Assembly: GCA_963729715.1 (NCBI GenBank) | Contig: CAVSPA010000004.1 | Location: 640,961 to 704,960 of the forward strand | Length of the DNA stretch: 64,000 nucleotides | Direction of reading: 5' to 3' | From: an uncultured delta proteobacterium | GTDB taxonomy: Bacteria; Desulfobacterota; Syntrophia; Syntrophales; UBA2185 | Shown: positions 63,260-64,000 of the stretch, one piece after another | How the letters are laid out: the number at the start of each line of letters is the position of its first letter | How positions within the stretch are numbered: position 1 is the first letter of the stretch | Position numbers and translations under genes: made by a program | The notes under the pieces: generated by a model | The model's database searches: none | What the model saw: the letters and a program-made list of their open reading frames with translations, nothing else | Told to the model about the DNA's origin: nothing

Positions 63260-64000
63260 GTCGAGTGGCGCGACGGAGTTTCACCATCGCGCTCTCCGAG
63301 AACTGGACGTGACAGTCTCCCGTCATCCAGCTCCTATTGTCCAGCCTTACCCTGAGAGAGTTGCCAATGAGCAAAGAGCCTTGGCTGCCTGCGCACCACG
63401 CCTTGCATCCAAAGAAAAGCCCGTCTCTTATGCCCCCTCAATCTTTTGTATTTCCGGGATGCCCACCGAGCAAGAATATTGTTCAGGTGTTGAAAGGTTC
63501 GGTAAAGAGCTGATTTGCGGAAGTGTCCGTAGTAGTTGATCCACCCTCTTAATACTGGGTTGATCATCTGAGCCAGTTCGTCTAGTGATTTGTCCGTGCG
63601 ACGGTGCAATTTCCATTGCCTCATGGCATCGCATATCGATTTTGTGGCTTTGTTGCTGATTGCAGGATTAAATCCGACGAAAAATATACCCCGGCGGTTT
63701 TTCGCTCTCCGGGGCCGAAATGTATAGCCCAAGAAATCAAACTTCTGCTCAGGATAATCTCTTCGCCGATCATCATCTTTACAGTAGACAATCCTCGTCT
63801 TCTGCAAGTTAAGCTCCAGCCCACATTCAGCAAAACGCTTTCCAATCGCTACACGAAGCCTCTCAGCTTCGGCCTTGCTCCGACAGTGACAAATCACATC
63901 ATCGGCATAACGCTCGAAAGGAATCCGAGGATACCGCCTCTTCATCCACACATCGAACGCGTAATGCAAAAAGAGATTAGCAAGTAATGGACTAACCACT
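63260..64000 (-). mobile_element. group II intron, 3' part (continues beyond the window)
   Basis: domain V GAGCTGGATGACGGGAGACTGTCACGTCCAGTTC and domain VI hairpin ending ...ACTCGAC at 63260, directly after the RT stop. Confidence 0.92.
63334..63999 (-). CDS. ltrA: group II intron reverse transcriptase/maturase, partial, no endonuclease domain
   Basis: SPLLAN, RYADD, FDFLG and RGWINYY motifs; ends LFAHW. Confidence 0.93.
   Translation of the reverse strand: MVSPLLANLFLHYAFDVWMKRRYPRIPFERYADDVICHCRSKAEAERLRVAIGKRFAECGLELNLQKTRIVYCKDDDRRRDYPEQKFDFLGYTFRPRRAKNRRGIFFVGFNPAISNKATKSICDAMRQWKLHRRTDKSLDELAQMINPVLRGWINYYGHFRKSALYRTFQHLNNILARWASRKYKRLRGHKRRAFLWMQGVVRRQPRLFAHWQLSQGKAGQ

Noticed and set aside
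63334..63999. DGR or retron reverse transcriptase
   Set aside because: YADD plus domain X and adjacent intron domains V/VI identify a group II intron protein.

Overview
An AT-leaning, mobile-element-rich accessory region. Gene content suggests an anaerobic Desulfobacterota/Syntrophorhabdus-like bacterium, but this is inference only. Mobile DNA: three different IS21 elements (ends and target duplications resolved), five IS110-family copies (four with readable non-coding guide RNAs, two of them nested, one split by an IS256), one IS481/ISNCY-like element, the 3' part of a group II intron, one intact and two decayed tyrosine recombinases, two 28-bp tmRNA-3'-end att repeats bracketing a 13.9-kb island, and four toxin-antitoxin modules. 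Cargo: a fluoride riboswitch directly upstream of a dynamin-like GTPase and a HIT protein; a sigma54 two-component system driving an AdoCbl acyl-CoA mutase with non-MCM specificity residues plus a CoA transferase; three exported caspase-like proteases with a DUF4384-like partner; an FGE-domain gene whose C-terminus resembles a DGR variable repeat; a decayed PerR/rubrerythrin locus; an SSS transporter; and a MarR/flavoenzyme cluster. All calls were made by eye from motifs and coordinates; no database searches were run.
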